A stretch of DNA of 64,000 nt. It comes from Patescibacteria group bacterium (GTDB taxonomy: Bacteria; Patescibacteriota; Minisyncoccia; JACQLN01). The notes beneath the pieces were generated by a model. The model was not told where the DNA came from. It searched no databases and was given only the letters and a program-made list of their open reading frames with translations. Below are positions 1 to 9,915 of this stretch, one piece after another (the stretch's first letter is position 1; every line of letters begins with the position of its first letter). Made by a program: the position numbers and the translations under genes. The DNA lies in NCBI GenBank assembly GCA_038065095.1, contig JBBTRR010000006.1, positions 84,713-148,712 on the forward strand, given 5' to 3'.

Positions 1-534
1 AGCTAAAGCGGCGGCGGTAGGTTCATTTAAAATACGGCTAACTTTTAAGCCAGCAATTTCACCAGCTTCTTTGGTAGCTTTTCTTTGAGCATCGTTAAAA
101 TAAGCCGGAACAGTAATTACGGCTTCGGTAATTTTTTCGCCCAATCTGTCTTCGGCATCTTGTTTTAATTTTTGCAAAACCATAGCCGCAACTTCTTGAG
201 GTTTATACCAACGATCCTGCATTTTAACTTCCACCGAACCGTCACCTGCAGCACGGATTTCGTAAGGCAATAATTTTTTATCACGCTGGACCTCGGCATC
301 ATTAAAATTGCGCCCAATCAAACGCTTAACCGAAAAAAGAGTATTCTGACTATTTGTTACAGCTTGTCTTTTAGCGAGTATTCCAACCACTCTTTCACCA
401 CCTTTTTGTATAGCAGCAATAGAAGGAGTGGTTCTATTACCTTCTTTATTTTCTATAATTTTTGGCTCACCTGCCTCCACCACTGCCATAGCGGAATTAG
501 TTGTGCCTAAGTCTATTCCTAATATTTTTGCCAT
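1..534 (-). CDS. dnaK: Chaperone DnaK, N-terminal part (runs off the window edge)
   Basis: Reverse strand from ATG at 534 reads [18 protein letters not shown]...[10 protein letters not shown]...[40 protein letters not shown], the Hsp70 signatures; lies downstream of grpE. Confidence 0.97.
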   Translation of the reverse strand, partial: MAKILGIDLGTTNSAMAVVEAGEPKIIENKEGNRTTPSIAAIQKGGERVVGILAKRQAVTNSQNTLFSVKRLIGRNFNDAEVQRDKKLLPYEIRAAGDGSVEVKMQDRWYKPQEVAAMVLQKLKQDAEDRLGEKITEAVITVPAYFNDAQRKATKEAGEIAGLKVSRILNEPTAAALA

Positions 535-672
535 TTTTTATGTTTATCGAGAAAATATTGTTACGAGCAGCATTATGGAGAAAACCCTTTTTTCCCTTTT
601 CACCCCTTCTCCCCTTTTCTCTAATATCGTCTGCGAGAAATAATATTTTCTTGAAAGTAGTTTGAAATTAAA

Positions 673-1110
673 TTATTTACCTATTTTTACTTTAGCCGGT
701 CTAATAACCAAACCATTTACTATGTAACCTTTTTGTAAAACTTCTATAACATGTCCCGATTCTCCTTCACCTTCTAACATTGCTTCGTGATATGTTGGAT
801 CAAATTCTTTATTTTGTGCTTCTATTTCTACAACTCCATTCTTTTTAAAAATATCTTCTATTAACTTTTTTACTCCCTGCCAACCCTCTGCCTCCTTGGC
901 AGCTTCTAACGCATCTACAAGTGGTAACATTTGTCTTATAAAACTCATCTTGGTGTAATCGGCAACTTCCTTGCCTTGTTCTTCCCAATCTTTCTTGGCA
1001 TTTATTAATTCCGCTTTAGCTCTTTTCCAACCATCTAAATATTCATCTCTTTCTTTTTGGGTTAATTCTAATTTTTCTTCTAAGTTGTTTTCTTTTTTTT
1101 CTATATCCAT
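673..1110 (-). CDS. grpE: Nucleotide exchange factor GrpE
   Basis: RAKAELIN coiled coil; FDPTYHEAM...VLQKGY...VIRPAKVKI C-terminal motifs; located between hrcA and dnaK. Confidence 0.95.
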   Translation of the reverse strand: MDIEKKENNLEEKLELTQKERDEYLDGWKRAKAELINAKKDWEEQGKEVADYTKMSFIRQMLPLVDALEAAKEAEGWQGVKKLIEDIFKKNGVVEIEAQNKEFDPTYHEAMLEGEGESGHVIEVLQKGYIVNGLVIRPAKVKIGK

Positions 1111-1114
1111 ATAT

Positions 1115-1945
1115 TTAATGTTTTTGATTTAAAAGCTCACTAATATATTCAACCAAAGCCATATTGTGTTTATAATCCATTCTTTTTGGACCAATTATAG
1201 AAACAAAACCTTGTTTACCCTGAGTGGAATCGAAGGGTTCACCTTCTGGTAACTGATATTTTCCAGTAATTAAAGTAAATTCGTTTATTTCTTTTATAGG
1301 GTTTTCACTACCTATAAACACTTGAATCATTTCTTCCACCCCGTTAGAAGTCGCGCTCGCGATTTCATCGCGAGTCCTATGGACCGCGGCGCGGCTACTT
1401 CTAACGGGGTTCCAAAGTCCTTCAAAACAACTATCCATATTATCCATAAACGTCATAAGCTGGTTCATATTTTCAAAACTTTTAAATTCTGGCTCATCAA
1501 ATAAATTAGAAAAACCAAAACTATATGTATTTCCACCATCTGTGGTTCCTGTTACAGAAAGCTCGCGGGAAAGTTCGGAAGTTAGTTTAGATATTTCTTT
1601 TAATAAAGATTGTTCATCTGGCCAATTCTTTTTTAACGATTCTTTAACTTTTTGAGTTTCTTTTTGAGTTAGACCTGTTGCCGAAGTATTTAGCGTAGAC
1701 TTTTCAACCATATTTTCTTGTATATACAACCTGTATGCTTTATCTGTTGGGATGCGTCCAGCCGAAGTATGTGGACTAGATAAATAACCTTCTTTTTCTA
1801 ACTGATTCATTTCTTTACGAATCATAGGCGCCCCTATATCAAAACCACTCTTTTGAGAGAGAGATTTAGAACTAACAGGTTCGGCCATTTTGGTATGCTC
1901 TTCTATAACGGCCCAAAGAATATCTTTTTGGCGTTGGGAAATCAT
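1115..1945 (-). CDS. hrcA: Heat-inducible transcription repressor HrcA, carrying two in-frame repeat insertions
   Basis: N-terminal wHTH with PVSSK...EMNQLEKEGYLSSPHTSAGRIPTDKAYR; C-terminal IIGPKRMDY; CIRCE upstream. Confidence 0.93.
   Translation of the reverse strand: MISQRQKDILWAVIEEHTKMAEPVSSKSLSQKSGFDIGAPMIRKEMNQLEKEGYLSSPHTSAGRIPTDKAYRLYIQENMVEKSTLNTSATGLTQKETQKVKESLKKNWPDEQSLLKEISKLTSELSRELSVTGTTDGGNTYSFGFSNLFDEPEFKSFENMNQLMTFMDNMDSCFEGLWNPVRSSRAAVHRTRDEIASATSNGVEEMIQVFIGSENPIKEINEFTLITGKYQLPEGEPFDSTQGKQGFVSIIGPKRMDYKHNMALVEYISELLNQKH
1340..1410. repeat. CCCCGTTAGA...TCTAACGGGG inverted-repeat element, in-frame within hrcA
   Basis: accccgttagaag...cttctaacggggt; encodes NPVRSSRAAVHRTRDEIASATSNGV; same ends at 34841-34946 and 62047-62116. 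Confidence 0.85.
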
Positions 1946-1969
1946 TGTTATTTAAACCAGTTTAGCGAA

Positions 1970-1996
1970 TTATCACTCCATAGTCAAGAGTGATAA
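1970..1996. promoter_or_regulatory. CIRCE operator variant (HrcA site)
   Basis: TTATCACTC-N9-GAGTGATAA directly upstream of hrcA; canonical form is TTAGCACTC-N9-GAGTGCTAA, changed symmetrically here. Confidence 0.9.
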
Positions 1997-2001
1997 CTTG
2001 A

Positions 2002-2030
2002 TTGACTTATAGCTATAGATATGTTACTAT
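2002..2030 (+). promoter_or_regulatory. Sigma70-type promoter
   Basis: TTGACT-17 nt-TACTAT with TG extension, upstream of the ORF at 2077. Confidence 0.6.
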
Positions 2031-2076
2031 TAAACTATCGTAGTACCTAACAAAAACACAAAAAAAGGCGGCCCAT

Positions 2077-2304
2077 ATGCTAGAAGAAGCTACGTCGTTT
2101 GAAGAATTCAAAGGCAAAAGCTTTGAGGAAGTTTATAGAATGTACAAACGAGCTGATACGGCAAGAAGGGTTTTTGCTAGGATTATCCTGTTACAGATAG
2201 CCGTAACAGCCAAAGACCTAAAAATCGTGATGGAGATTTCCAACCCCCACTCTCCTTTGTATGCTTCGGCTAAAGAAAGGCTGGAACTACTGGAATCGAA
2301 ATGA
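2077..2304 (+). CDS. Small hypothetical protein
   Basis: 75-aa ORF with its own promoter upstream and terminator downstream. Confidence 0.6.
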   Translation: MLEEATSFEEFKGKSFEEVYRMYKRADTARRVFARIILLQIAVTAKDLKIVMEISNPHSPLYASAKERLELLESK

Positions 2305-2310
2305 CCCCAC

Positions 2311-2340
2311 CCCCCGACCAAATGGTCGGGGATTTTTTTT
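2311..2340 (+). terminator. Intrinsic terminator
   Basis: ccccgacc-aaat-ggtcgggg followed by a T run; near-identical copy at 2762-2794. Confidence 0.8.
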
Positions 2341-2428
2341 CTTGTTGACGATTTACCCTATAAATAATACTTTGTAACAGTTCAAAATAAGCTGTCCTTT
2401 TACAAACCTTTCTCGAGGAGAGTGCTCA

Positions 2429-2755
2429 ATGGCAATTATTGCGCAAGAAATGTTACAAGAAAAAAAACGCGAAAGGATTATGGCTATAGGCCTTTGTGCT
2501 GGATTATGGTTACTAGTAACATTTTTGGTTTACCATAACTTTGAAAACTTTAATCTTGATTCGGGTATTATCTTAATCTTGGCAACTTTGTATGTATATA
2601 TGAAATGCTACGATCTGTATAAAAAACCTGCAAAACTTGTGGCGTTACACGACTGTTCCGTAATGGGAGAAAAATTCCATATGGAAATCGGAAATGCTAA
2701 AGATCGTTGGAATTTCTGCCCGTGGTGTAGTGGAAAAATAACAATTGAAGAATGA
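2429..2755 (+). CDS. Small membrane protein (two TM segments, C-terminal CPWC motif)
   Basis: Two hydrophobic segments; GAGGAG Shine-Dalgarno; TTGACG-17-TACTTT promoter at 2345-2373. Confidence 0.7.
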   Translation: MAIIAQEMLQEKKRERIMAIGLCAGLWLLVTFLVYHNFENFNLDSGIILILATLYVYMKCYDLYKKPAKLVALHDCSVMGEKFHMEIGNAKDRWNFCPWCSGKITIEE

Positions 2756-2761
2756 TTTATG

Positions 2762-2794
2762 ATCCCCCGACCAAACGGTCGGGGATTTTATTTT
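2762..2794 (+). terminator. Intrinsic terminator
   Basis: ccccgacc-aaac-ggtcgggg followed by a T-rich tail. Confidence 0.8.
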
Positions 2795-2867
2795 ATAAAG
2801 CCTTGTTTGACTAAAGAAGCATTAAACTGTAGCGTTATATAAAGTTCTTTCAAAAAAGGGGTGTGCT

Positions 2868-3098
2868 ATGCAGAAAAAAGAATTGCATACATTGTGCCGC
2901 TGTAGACACGCTATTGTGCCAAGCTTTTGCCGTTTTTGTAATAAGCAAATTTATATATTACAACCATTTTATAAAATACCTTGGTATATAGCTGTATACT
3001 TCTATGGGGGAATAATATCTTATCAAGACTTTTGTTCCGATCATCACTGCAAAGAATGCCACAATAAAAAAAATAGATCAACTCGGCCACTGCCCTAA
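2868..3098 (+). CDS. Small Cys/His-rich hypothetical protein
   Basis: Several CxxC/CxH motifs; AGGGG Shine-Dalgarno; TTGACT promoter at 2807; terminator at 3181-3204. Confidence 0.5.
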   Translation: MQKKELHTLCRCRHAIVPSFCRFCNKQIYILQPFYKIPWYIAVYFYGGIISYQDFCSDHHCKECHNKKNRSTRPLP

Positions 3099-3415
3099 AT
3101 GCCAAGCTTTTGTAGTAGAAAAAAAGCTCAAAAAAACAAAATTGGTAATATGCCTGCGATAAAAATATATCTAACCACAAATCCCCAATAACTGGGGATT
3201 TTTTAATGTTTATCTATGAGCATAGTGAATAGCTATAAACATTAACCCCGTAAAAACTACTTAATTAAATAATTAAGTGCATATAAAAAGCCGTGGGCGA
3301 TTTCGCTGATAAAAATTTATTATTAAATATCCACGTTTGAGTTTTTGTACGGGGTATTTCTTGTTATAATCTAGTTATCTAAAAACTAATGAAGCTAACA
3401 CTTAAAAGCTATTAA

Positions 3416-4327
3416 ATGACTACTATAAAATCTCCCAATGTAACTTGGTTAGACATTAAAAATCCTTCACCTAAGGAACTGCGGTTTTTGGCCCAAAATT
3501 ATAATATCCATCCATTAATTATAAACGGGTTAGAAAAACCAACTATTCGTTCGCAAGCCGAAGACTATAATGGCTATATTTATTTAGTTTTACACTTCCC
3601 TATCTTTAATCCACAAAAACAAGTTTCAGAACCTGTAGAAATAGATTTTATAATTACGCCCGACACCTTAATCTCTGTGCGCTACGAAAACATAGAACCT
3701 TTGGATGAATTTTTAGAAAAGTGTAAATCATATAATGGTCATATAAAAAAAGAAGCTATGTCGCGTGGCGCTATATATTTTTTTTATTACTTGATCAAAG
3801 AAATATATGCTTTTTCTTTGCGCCAACTAGACCATATGGACGAAAATATAGATAAAATAGAAGAAGCTATATTTTCTGGCCATCATAAAGAAATGCTTTT
3901 AGCGCTTTCACTGGCCCGAAGCGATGTTTTAAATTTTTTGCGCACACTACGCCCACAAGGTACTGTTTTAGAAAGCTTACTAGCCCGAAGTGATTCTTTT
4001 GAACAAAAAGCTCGGCCATATTTAATTGACCTTTTGGGCGAACATCACCAAGTTATAAACCAAGCCGAAAACAACTGCGAAAGTATCGAAGGGTTACAAA
4101 CAACTAATTCTGCATTATTGGAACACAAAACAAATGAGGTTATGAAAGTTCTTACCATAATAACTTTCACCATTTTACCTCTTACGCTTATAGCAAACAT
4201 ATTTGGAATGTCTAGTAAAAACATCCCCCTAGTTGACCACCCACACTTTTTCAAGATAATGTTAATGGCGATGGCTACTACAGTGGCAGTTTCGTTTTCT
4301 ATTTTTAAATATAAAAAGTGGCTTTGA
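3416..4327 (+). CDS. corA: CorA-family Mg2+/Co2+ transporter
   Basis: WLDIKNP N-terminus; NEVMKVLTII...IFGMS (GMN-like motif) and two C-terminal TM segments. Confidence 0.88.
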   Translation: MTTIKSPNVTWLDIKNPSPKELRFLAQNYNIHPLIINGLEKPTIRSQAEDYNGYIYLVLHFPIFNPQKQVSEPVEIDFIITPDTLISVRYENIEPLDEFLEKCKSYNGHIKKEAMSRGAIYFFYYLIKEIYAFSLRQLDHMDENIDKIEEAIFSGHHKEMLLALSLARSDVLNFLRTLRPQGTVLESLLARSDSFEQKARPYLIDLLGEHHQVINQAENNCESIEGLQTTNSALLEHKTNEVMKVLTIITFTILPLTLIANIFGMSSKNIPLVDHPHFFKIMLMAMATTVAVSFSIFKYKKWL

Positions 4328-4328
4328 G

Positions 4329-4410
4329 TTAGCTTCACTAGCTTTCAGCTTCGTTAGCTGGTTAGGTATAATCTCCTAAAAAGCTAAGGAAGCTAAAGAA
4401 GCTAAAAGCA
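4329..4410. repeat. AGCTT/AAGCTA periodic hairpin repeat family
   Basis: agcttc/tagct units, a central tagg...ccta, then aagcta units; other copies at 7253-7321, 37614-37692, 38109-38184, 38899-38988, 42637-42706, 60624-60702 and 61690-61798. Confidence 0.85.
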
Positions 4411-4412
4411 TA

Positions 4413-5807
4413 ATGCGTATATACAACACCCTTACCAGTAAAAAAGATGATTTAAAAATCCCGCCATCTGGCGAGATCAATTTATTTGTATGTGGCCCAA
4501 CTGTTTATGATTATAGTCATATCGGCCACGCCCGCACTTATATATTTTTTGATGCTTTAGTTAAGTTTATGCGTAAATATTTGAGTATAAAAATAAATTA
4601 CTTACAGAACATCACCAATATAGACGATAAAATAATAAATCGCTCCGCCGAAGAAAATAAAAATCCGCAAGAGCTGGCGGATTTTTTTGAAAAAGAATAT
4701 ATAACGGATATGAGCTCTCTTGGGGTAAGTGCTGTTAACACTTATGCTCCAGCCACAAAATATATTCCCGAAATAATTTCGCAAGTAGAGCGTTTAATTA
4801 AAAAAGGTTTTGCCTATGTGTCTGGCCCCTCGACTACGCTCGGGACAAGCAGTGTTTATTTTAATGTAAGAAAATTTCCAGAATATGGAAAGCTATCACA
4901 CCAAAAACTTGCGGATTTAAAAGAAGGAGTAAGAATTGATGTTGAGGTTGGTAAAAAATTCTTTGCCGACTTTGTTTTATGGAAAGTTGCTAAACCGAAT
5001 GAACCAACTTGGGATTCGCCTTGGGGCAAAGGCCGCCCTGGTTGGCACATAGAAGATACAGCTATAACCGAAAAACATTTCGGCTTGCGTTACAATATTC
5101 ATGGTGGCGGATTAGATTTAATTTTTCCTCACCACGAAGCCGAAATTGCCCAAATGGAAGCGATATCGGGCTTAAGCCCTTTAGCCGAAGTTTGGATTCA
5201 CACTGGAATGCTTTTGGTTGATGGCGAAAAAATGTCTAAAAGTTTGGGTAATTTTATAACCATACGAGAATTTATTAAAGAAAATTCACCACAAATCTTG
5301 CGTTATATGGTTTTATCTCAACACTACCGCACAGGTTTGGATTTTTCCAAAAAGACAGTTCAAATGGCAAGTTCTTCTATAAATAGAATTGCAGATTTTA
5401 AAATTCGCTTAAAAAGCATTAACGAGCAGTCTTCTAGTTTTCCTTGGGAAGATTTTGAAAAAACATTTTGGCACGAACTGGCCGACGACTTTAACACACC
5501 AAAAGCCCTAGCTTCTTTATTTGAACTTATTACAGAAACCAACAAACTAATTGATTCACACAACTTATCCCACAGCGATGCACAGAAAATCGTTGACTTT
5601 ATAGACAGGGTAAACGATATTTTAAACATACTACCCAAAGAAGAATCCATACCTGCAGAAATTACCGCCTTAGTAGCTGATCGTGAAAAAGCTCGCGCCA
5701 GTAAAGATTTTGAACTATCGGATAAACTTCGCAATCAAATAAAAGAATTAAACTGGGAAGTGGAAGATACTCCCCGTGGACCCAAAATATCAAAAATTAA
5801 AAACTAA
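4413..5807 (+). CDS. cysS: Cysteinyl-tRNA synthetase
   Basis: CGPTVYD, HIGH, DFVLWK, GRPGWHIE and KMSKS motifs. Confidence 0.98.
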   Translation: MRIYNTLTSKKDDLKIPPSGEINLFVCGPTVYDYSHIGHARTYIFFDALVKFMRKYLSIKINYLQNITNIDDKIINRSAEENKNPQELADFFEKEYITDMSSLGVSAVNTYAPATKYIPEIISQVERLIKKGFAYVSGPSTTLGTSSVYFNVRKFPEYGKLSHQKLADLKEGVRIDVEVGKKFFADFVLWKVAKPNEPTWDSPWGKGRPGWHIEDTAITEKHFGLRYNIHGGGLDLIFPHHEAEIAQMEAISGLSPLAEVWIHTGMLLVDGEKMSKSLGNFITIREFIKENSPQILRYMVLSQHYRTGLDFSKKTVQMASSSINRIADFKIRLKSINEQSSSFPWEDFEKTFWHELADDFNTPKALASLFELITETNKLIDSHNLSHSDAQKIVDFIDRVNDILNILPKEESIPAEITALVADREKARASKDFELSDKLRNQIKELNWEVEDTPRGPKISKIKN

Positions 5808-5875
5808 ATATTAAAATTTAAATTTTAAACTTTCAATTGTGATTTTGAATTTTACACTTTTATTTTTAAACTTGA

Positions 5876-7255
5876 ATGGCTTTTGACTCAATTACAAAAA
5901 CCGACATCAACACAGTTTCTATTGATAAACTCCCACCGCAATCCATAGAAGCCGAGGAATCGGTTTTAGGCGCTTTGTTAATGGACAAAGACGCTATTAT
6001 TCGTGTAGCGGATATTTTGCATCCAGAAGATTTTTATAAACGGTCTCATAATCTTATATATAACGCGATACTATTGTTATATGAAAAATCAGAACCAGTT
6101 GATGTTTTAAGTTTATCTAACCGCCTAAAAGAAGCCGGTCAACTTGAAAGCGTGGGCGGAACATCTTATTTAGCGGGCTTGGTTAATTCTGTGCCAACAG
6201 CTTCTAATGTTTTGCACTATGCCAAAATTGTTAGGCATAAAAAAATACTCCGCGATCTTTTATCGGCTTCACAAGATATTGCCCGATTAGGCTGGCAAGA
6301 AAACCAAGATATAGAACTTGTTTTAGACGAAGCCGAAAAAAGAATTTTTTCTATTGCGGAAAGATCTTTAAAACAAGATTTTATGCCTATTAGATCTGCA
6401 CTAGAAGATGCCTTTGAAAGAATAGATAAACTTCATAAGGGCGATGGCGCTTTGCGTGGAGTGCCTACTGGTTTTACCGATTTAGACCACTATTTAGCTG
6501 GCTTACAAAAATCAGATCTAGTTATTTTAGCAGCTCGCCCATCTTTAGGAAAAACTTCGCTGGCCTTAAATATTGCTAGTAATGTAGCCATAAAAGAAAA
6601 AACTCCTGTTGGTATTTTTTCTTTGGAAATGTCTAAGGAACAACTTGTAGATAGAATGTTAGCTTCGGAAGCCGGTGTAGATTTGTGGAGACTTCGCACT
6701 GGCCGATTAAGTATGGACGGCGAAGACAGTGATTTTTCTAGAATCCAAGAAGCTATGGGAATTTTAGCTGAAGCGCCTATTTTTATAGATGATGCCGCTT
6801 CCAGCAACATTATTCAAATGCGTACTATGGCCCGCAGATTGCAAGCTGAACATGGTTTAGGTTTAATTGTGGTTGATTACTTACAGTTGATGGAAGGCCG
6901 CAATAATAATGAAAGTCGCACACAAGAGATTAGCGAAATTTCACGCTCACTTAAAAATTTAGCCCGTGAACTTAATGTTCCGGTTTTGGCTTTATCTCAG
7001 CTTTCCCGTGCAGTAGAAACCAGAAGCCCCCAAATACCAAGGTTATCTGACTTGCGCGAATCGGGCTCTATAGAACAAGATGCCGATGTAGTTTTATTTA
7101 TTTATCGCGAAGATAGAGAAAAACCAAACACCGAAAAAAAGAATGTAGCCGAAATTCATATTGCCAAACACAGAAACGGTCCCACTGGTAAAGTAGATTT
7201 ATATTTTGACGCCGATAGAGTTCAGTTTAGAGATTTAGCTAAAAACATAGAATAG
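5876..7255 (+). CDS. dnaB: Replicative DNA helicase
   Basis: PPQSIEAEESVLG, AARPSLGKT, VDYLQL, LSQLSR, SDLRESGSIEQDAD. Confidence 0.98.
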   Translation: MAFDSITKTDINTVSIDKLPPQSIEAEESVLGALLMDKDAIIRVADILHPEDFYKRSHNLIYNAILLLYEKSEPVDVLSLSNRLKEAGQLESVGGTSYLAGLVNSVPTASNVLHYAKIVRHKKILRDLLSASQDIARLGWQENQDIELVLDEAEKRIFSIAERSLKQDFMPIRSALEDAFERIDKLHKGDGALRGVPTGFTDLDHYLAGLQKSDLVILAARPSLGKTSLALNIASNVAIKEKTPVGIFSLEMSKEQLVDRMLASEAGVDLWRLRTGRLSMDGEDSDFSRIQEAMGILAEAPIFIDDAASSNIIQMRTMARRLQAEHGLGLIVVDYLQLMEGRNNNESRTQEISEISRSLKNLARELNVPVLALSQLSRAVETRSPQIPRLSDLRESGSIEQDADVVLFIYREDREKPNTEKKNVAEIHIAKHRNGPTGKVDLYFDADRVQFRDLAKNIE

Positions 7256-7331
7256 CTTCGCTAGCTTTCAGCTTCTTTAGCTAGTTAGAAAAAACTAAAG
7301 AGCTAATGAAGCTAAAAGCTATCCTCCTAAT

Positions 7332-7928
7332 TTGTTTCCCGCCCCTATCCAAAAACTTATTTCCCACTTTCAAAAATTACCCGGCATTGGCCCGCGCCAA
7401 GCCACTAAATTTGCTATGCGCTTAATTAAAATGACAGATAGCGAACTTAAGTTTATGGCGAGCGACATTTCTAGTTTAAAATCGTTTGTGGGCGAATGCA
7501 AAGAATGTTTTATGCTTTTTGATAAACCCACCAGTGGAATTTCACTTTGCCAATTTTGCCGAAACCCCAAACGCGATAAAAATAAAATCTGTGTAGTGGT
7601 AAACGATAACGATGCTTTAAGTATAGAAAAAACAAAAAATTTTGATGGCTTATATCACGTTTTAGGCGGACATGTTTCGCTTTTAGATAAAGAAGAAAAT
7701 AGAAACCTTAATTTACTTGCCTTAAAAAATAGAATCAAAAAAGAAACCGAAGTTATTTTAGCTTTAAACGCCAACGCCGAAGGCCAAGCTACAGTTTTAT
7801 ATTTAGAAAAATTTTTAGAAGGTATGGAACATAAAACTTCTCGCCTCGCTCAAGGTATGTCTACTGGTAGTGAAATAGAATATGCCGATGATCAAACTTT
7901 GATAAATGCTTTAAAGCACAGAAGATAA
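7332..7928 (+). CDS. recR: Recombination protein RecR
   Basis: LPGIGPR HhH motif, C4 zinc finger, YHVLGG, Toprim domain. Confidence 0.95.
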   Translation: MFPAPIQKLISHFQKLPGIGPRQATKFAMRLIKMTDSELKFMASDISSLKSFVGECKECFMLFDKPTSGISLCQFCRNPKRDKNKICVVVNDNDALSIEKTKNFDGLYHVLGGHVSLLDKEENRNLNLLALKNRIKKETEVILALNANAEGQATVLYLEKFLEGMEHKTSRLAQGMSTGSEIEYADDQTLINALKHRR

Positions 7929-8050
7929 ACCAAAAAGAAAATCGGTTTGAGCGAACTCAAGGGGGATACAATTTTCTTAAAATGAGGGGGTTGAAAAACT
8001 TTCCCCCTTGGCGAGCAAAAACTGATTTTCTTTGGCAAAAAATCCCCGCT

Positions 8051-8368
8051 TTAGGCGGAGATTTTTGTAATTTCTAGTTCGGTAAAGTGTTGGCGATGGC
8101 CAGCTTTCTTTTTATAGCGTTTCTTGGCTCGGTATTTAAAAACTATTATCTTTCTGGTTCTGGCCTGTTTAGCTACTTTAGCCGAAACTTTAGCGCCTTC
8201 AACTACTGGAGTACCAATTTTTAAATCGGCATCACTCGCCACCATTAAAACACTATCAAAAACAACCTCACTGCCTTCTTCGGCATCAAGTTTTTCTACT
8301 CTTAATACATCGCCCTCGGCAACCCTGTATTGTTTACCTCCAGTTTTTATTACAGCAAATTTAGACAT
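8051..8368 (-). CDS. rplU: 50S ribosomal protein L21
   Basis: [13 protein letters not shown]...GHRQHFT; start placed at MSKF. Confidence 0.97.
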   Translation of the reverse strand: MSKFAVIKTGGKQYRVAEGDVLRVEKLDAEEGSEVVFDSVLMVASDADLKIGTPVVEGAKVSAKVAKQARTRKIIVFKYRAKKRYKKKAGHRQHFTELEITKISA

Positions 8369-8600
8369 ATTATAATTAAGAAACAAAATAAAACATCGGT
8401 TTGAGCGACTTCATGGAGATGACCGATTCTACAATTGAGAGGACTCCATGAGGAGCGAGGACTGATGTTTTATGAACAACCCGATATTAACACATCTGAA
8501 TATAATAAGGAATACCCCTCGATTTTCTCGGGGTTCTTCCCTTACGGGAAGAAGAAAAGAGGCCTAAATCCTTGCGGTTTTAAGCCATTTCGCGGGAGTT

Positions 8601-8735
8601 TTATTTGTCTTCTTGCTGAATCTTCATCCGTTTCAGCAAGTGGTTCATTTTGATGCTCCCGTTGATAAAATATGGCATCAAAAATGCCCAATAGATAGCC
8701 ATGAGAGCTAAAGCAACTCTAGTTTCACCAGACAT
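8601..8735 (-). CDS. Small membrane peptide (44 aa, below the ORF-track cutoff)
   Basis: MSGETRVALALMAIYWAFLMPYFINGSIKMNHLLKRMKIQQEDK preceded by an AAGGAGG Shine-Dalgarno. Confidence 0.55.
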   Translation of the reverse strand: MSGETRVALALMAIYWAFLMPYFINGSIKMNHLLKRMKIQQEDK

Positions 8736-8766
8736 AAAAACCTCCTTGTAGGTTAAAGAACTGTTT

Positions 8767-9828
8767 CTAAAGATCCTCATCTTTATCTGGACCGGTAAGA
8801 ACTAAAGTCTCTACACCCATTTTTTCACCCGTTATTCTTAACACGTCTTTATCAATTTTACCAAATTCTTTATAGGCTTGGTTATACATACTTACAGTAG
8901 TGCCTAAATTTTTTCCCATACGGCTCATATAGTCTTGGTAAGTTAAAAGATGTTTACTAAGTTCTTCTACTCTTTTAATTATTTCTTTAGCCGATTCTTC
9001 TATTTGTAAAGCTCTTAAGCCCTGCATAACGGTTTGTAAATAAGCCAAAAAAGAAGTTGGTGAAACAATAATAACCTTATACTTATTAGCCGCACGTTGA
9101 ATAAGGCTCTCGGTGTCTTCCTCTTGCAAAGCGCCAATCTTACTTACCAAAAGATCGTAATAAATAGCTTCGTGTGGAATAAACATAAAAGCAAAATCCA
9201 TAGTGCCTTGCCCTGGTTGTATATATTTAGAAGTTTCCTGAATACGCATTTTAAGATCGTTTACAAAAGCTTTTTCTAGCCGTGCACGTTCAACATCGTT
9301 TTTTTCTTCTACTAACCGGTTATAATTTTCTAAAGAAAACTTTGAATCCACCGGAATAATTTTATCTTTAACAAAAACTGCGGCGTCCACTATGGTGCCA
9401 TCTTTAAACGGATATTGCATTTGATAGCTGCCGGGTGGCAAAACATTTTTTAAAAGAGTTTCTAAATAATATTCGCCCAAGATTCCACGTTGTTTTGGAT
9501 TTTTTAAAATATCTTGAAGGCTTTTTAGCTGGTCGGCAAAATTAACCACCTGCCTATTAGTTTCGTCTAATTTGGTTAAGCGTTCGGTCACATCGCGTAC
9601 AATTTGAGCGGTTTGGCCAAACTGGTTTTGCATACTGCGATGCGACTCGCCTAATTTAGTATCCAAAACCTTAGAAACTTCATTTATTTGATTTTGAAGC
9701 ATTAAAAACAAACCTTGCTGGTCTTGTTGGGGTGCTTCCTCTGGTTTATTGCGACGAGACAAAACAAAAAATAAGGCGGCAAACCCCACAATCATAAGCA
9801 CGATTAAAATAATAAATTCAAAACTCAT
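8767..9828 (-). CDS. rmuC: DNA recombination protein RmuC
   Basis: N-terminal TM and coiled coil; RGILGE, VDSKF, DFAFMFIP and VSPT motifs. Confidence 0.92.
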   Translation of the reverse strand: MSFEFIILIVLMIVGFAALFFVLSRRNKPEEAPQQDQQGLFLMLQNQINEVSKVLDTKLGESHRSMQNQFGQTAQIVRDVTERLTKLDETNRQVVNFADQLKSLQDILKNPKQRGILGEYYLETLLKNVLPPGSYQMQYPFKDGTIVDAAVFVKDKIIPVDSKFSLENYNRLVEEKNDVERARLEKAFVNDLKMRIQETSKYIQPGQGTMDFAFMFIPHEAIYYDLLVSKIGALQEEDTESLIQRAANKYKVIIVSPTSFLAYLQTVMQGLRALQIEESAKEIIKRVEELSKHLLTYQDYMSRMGKNLGTTVSMYNQAYKEFGKIDKDVLRITGEKMGVETLVLTGPDKDEDL

Positions 9829-9915
9829 ATACTAAATATAGAATGTCTAATAACTAATGTCTAATCAAACCCTAATATCTAATGGCTAACTTAGAAATTA
9901 GTAATTAGAAATTGG

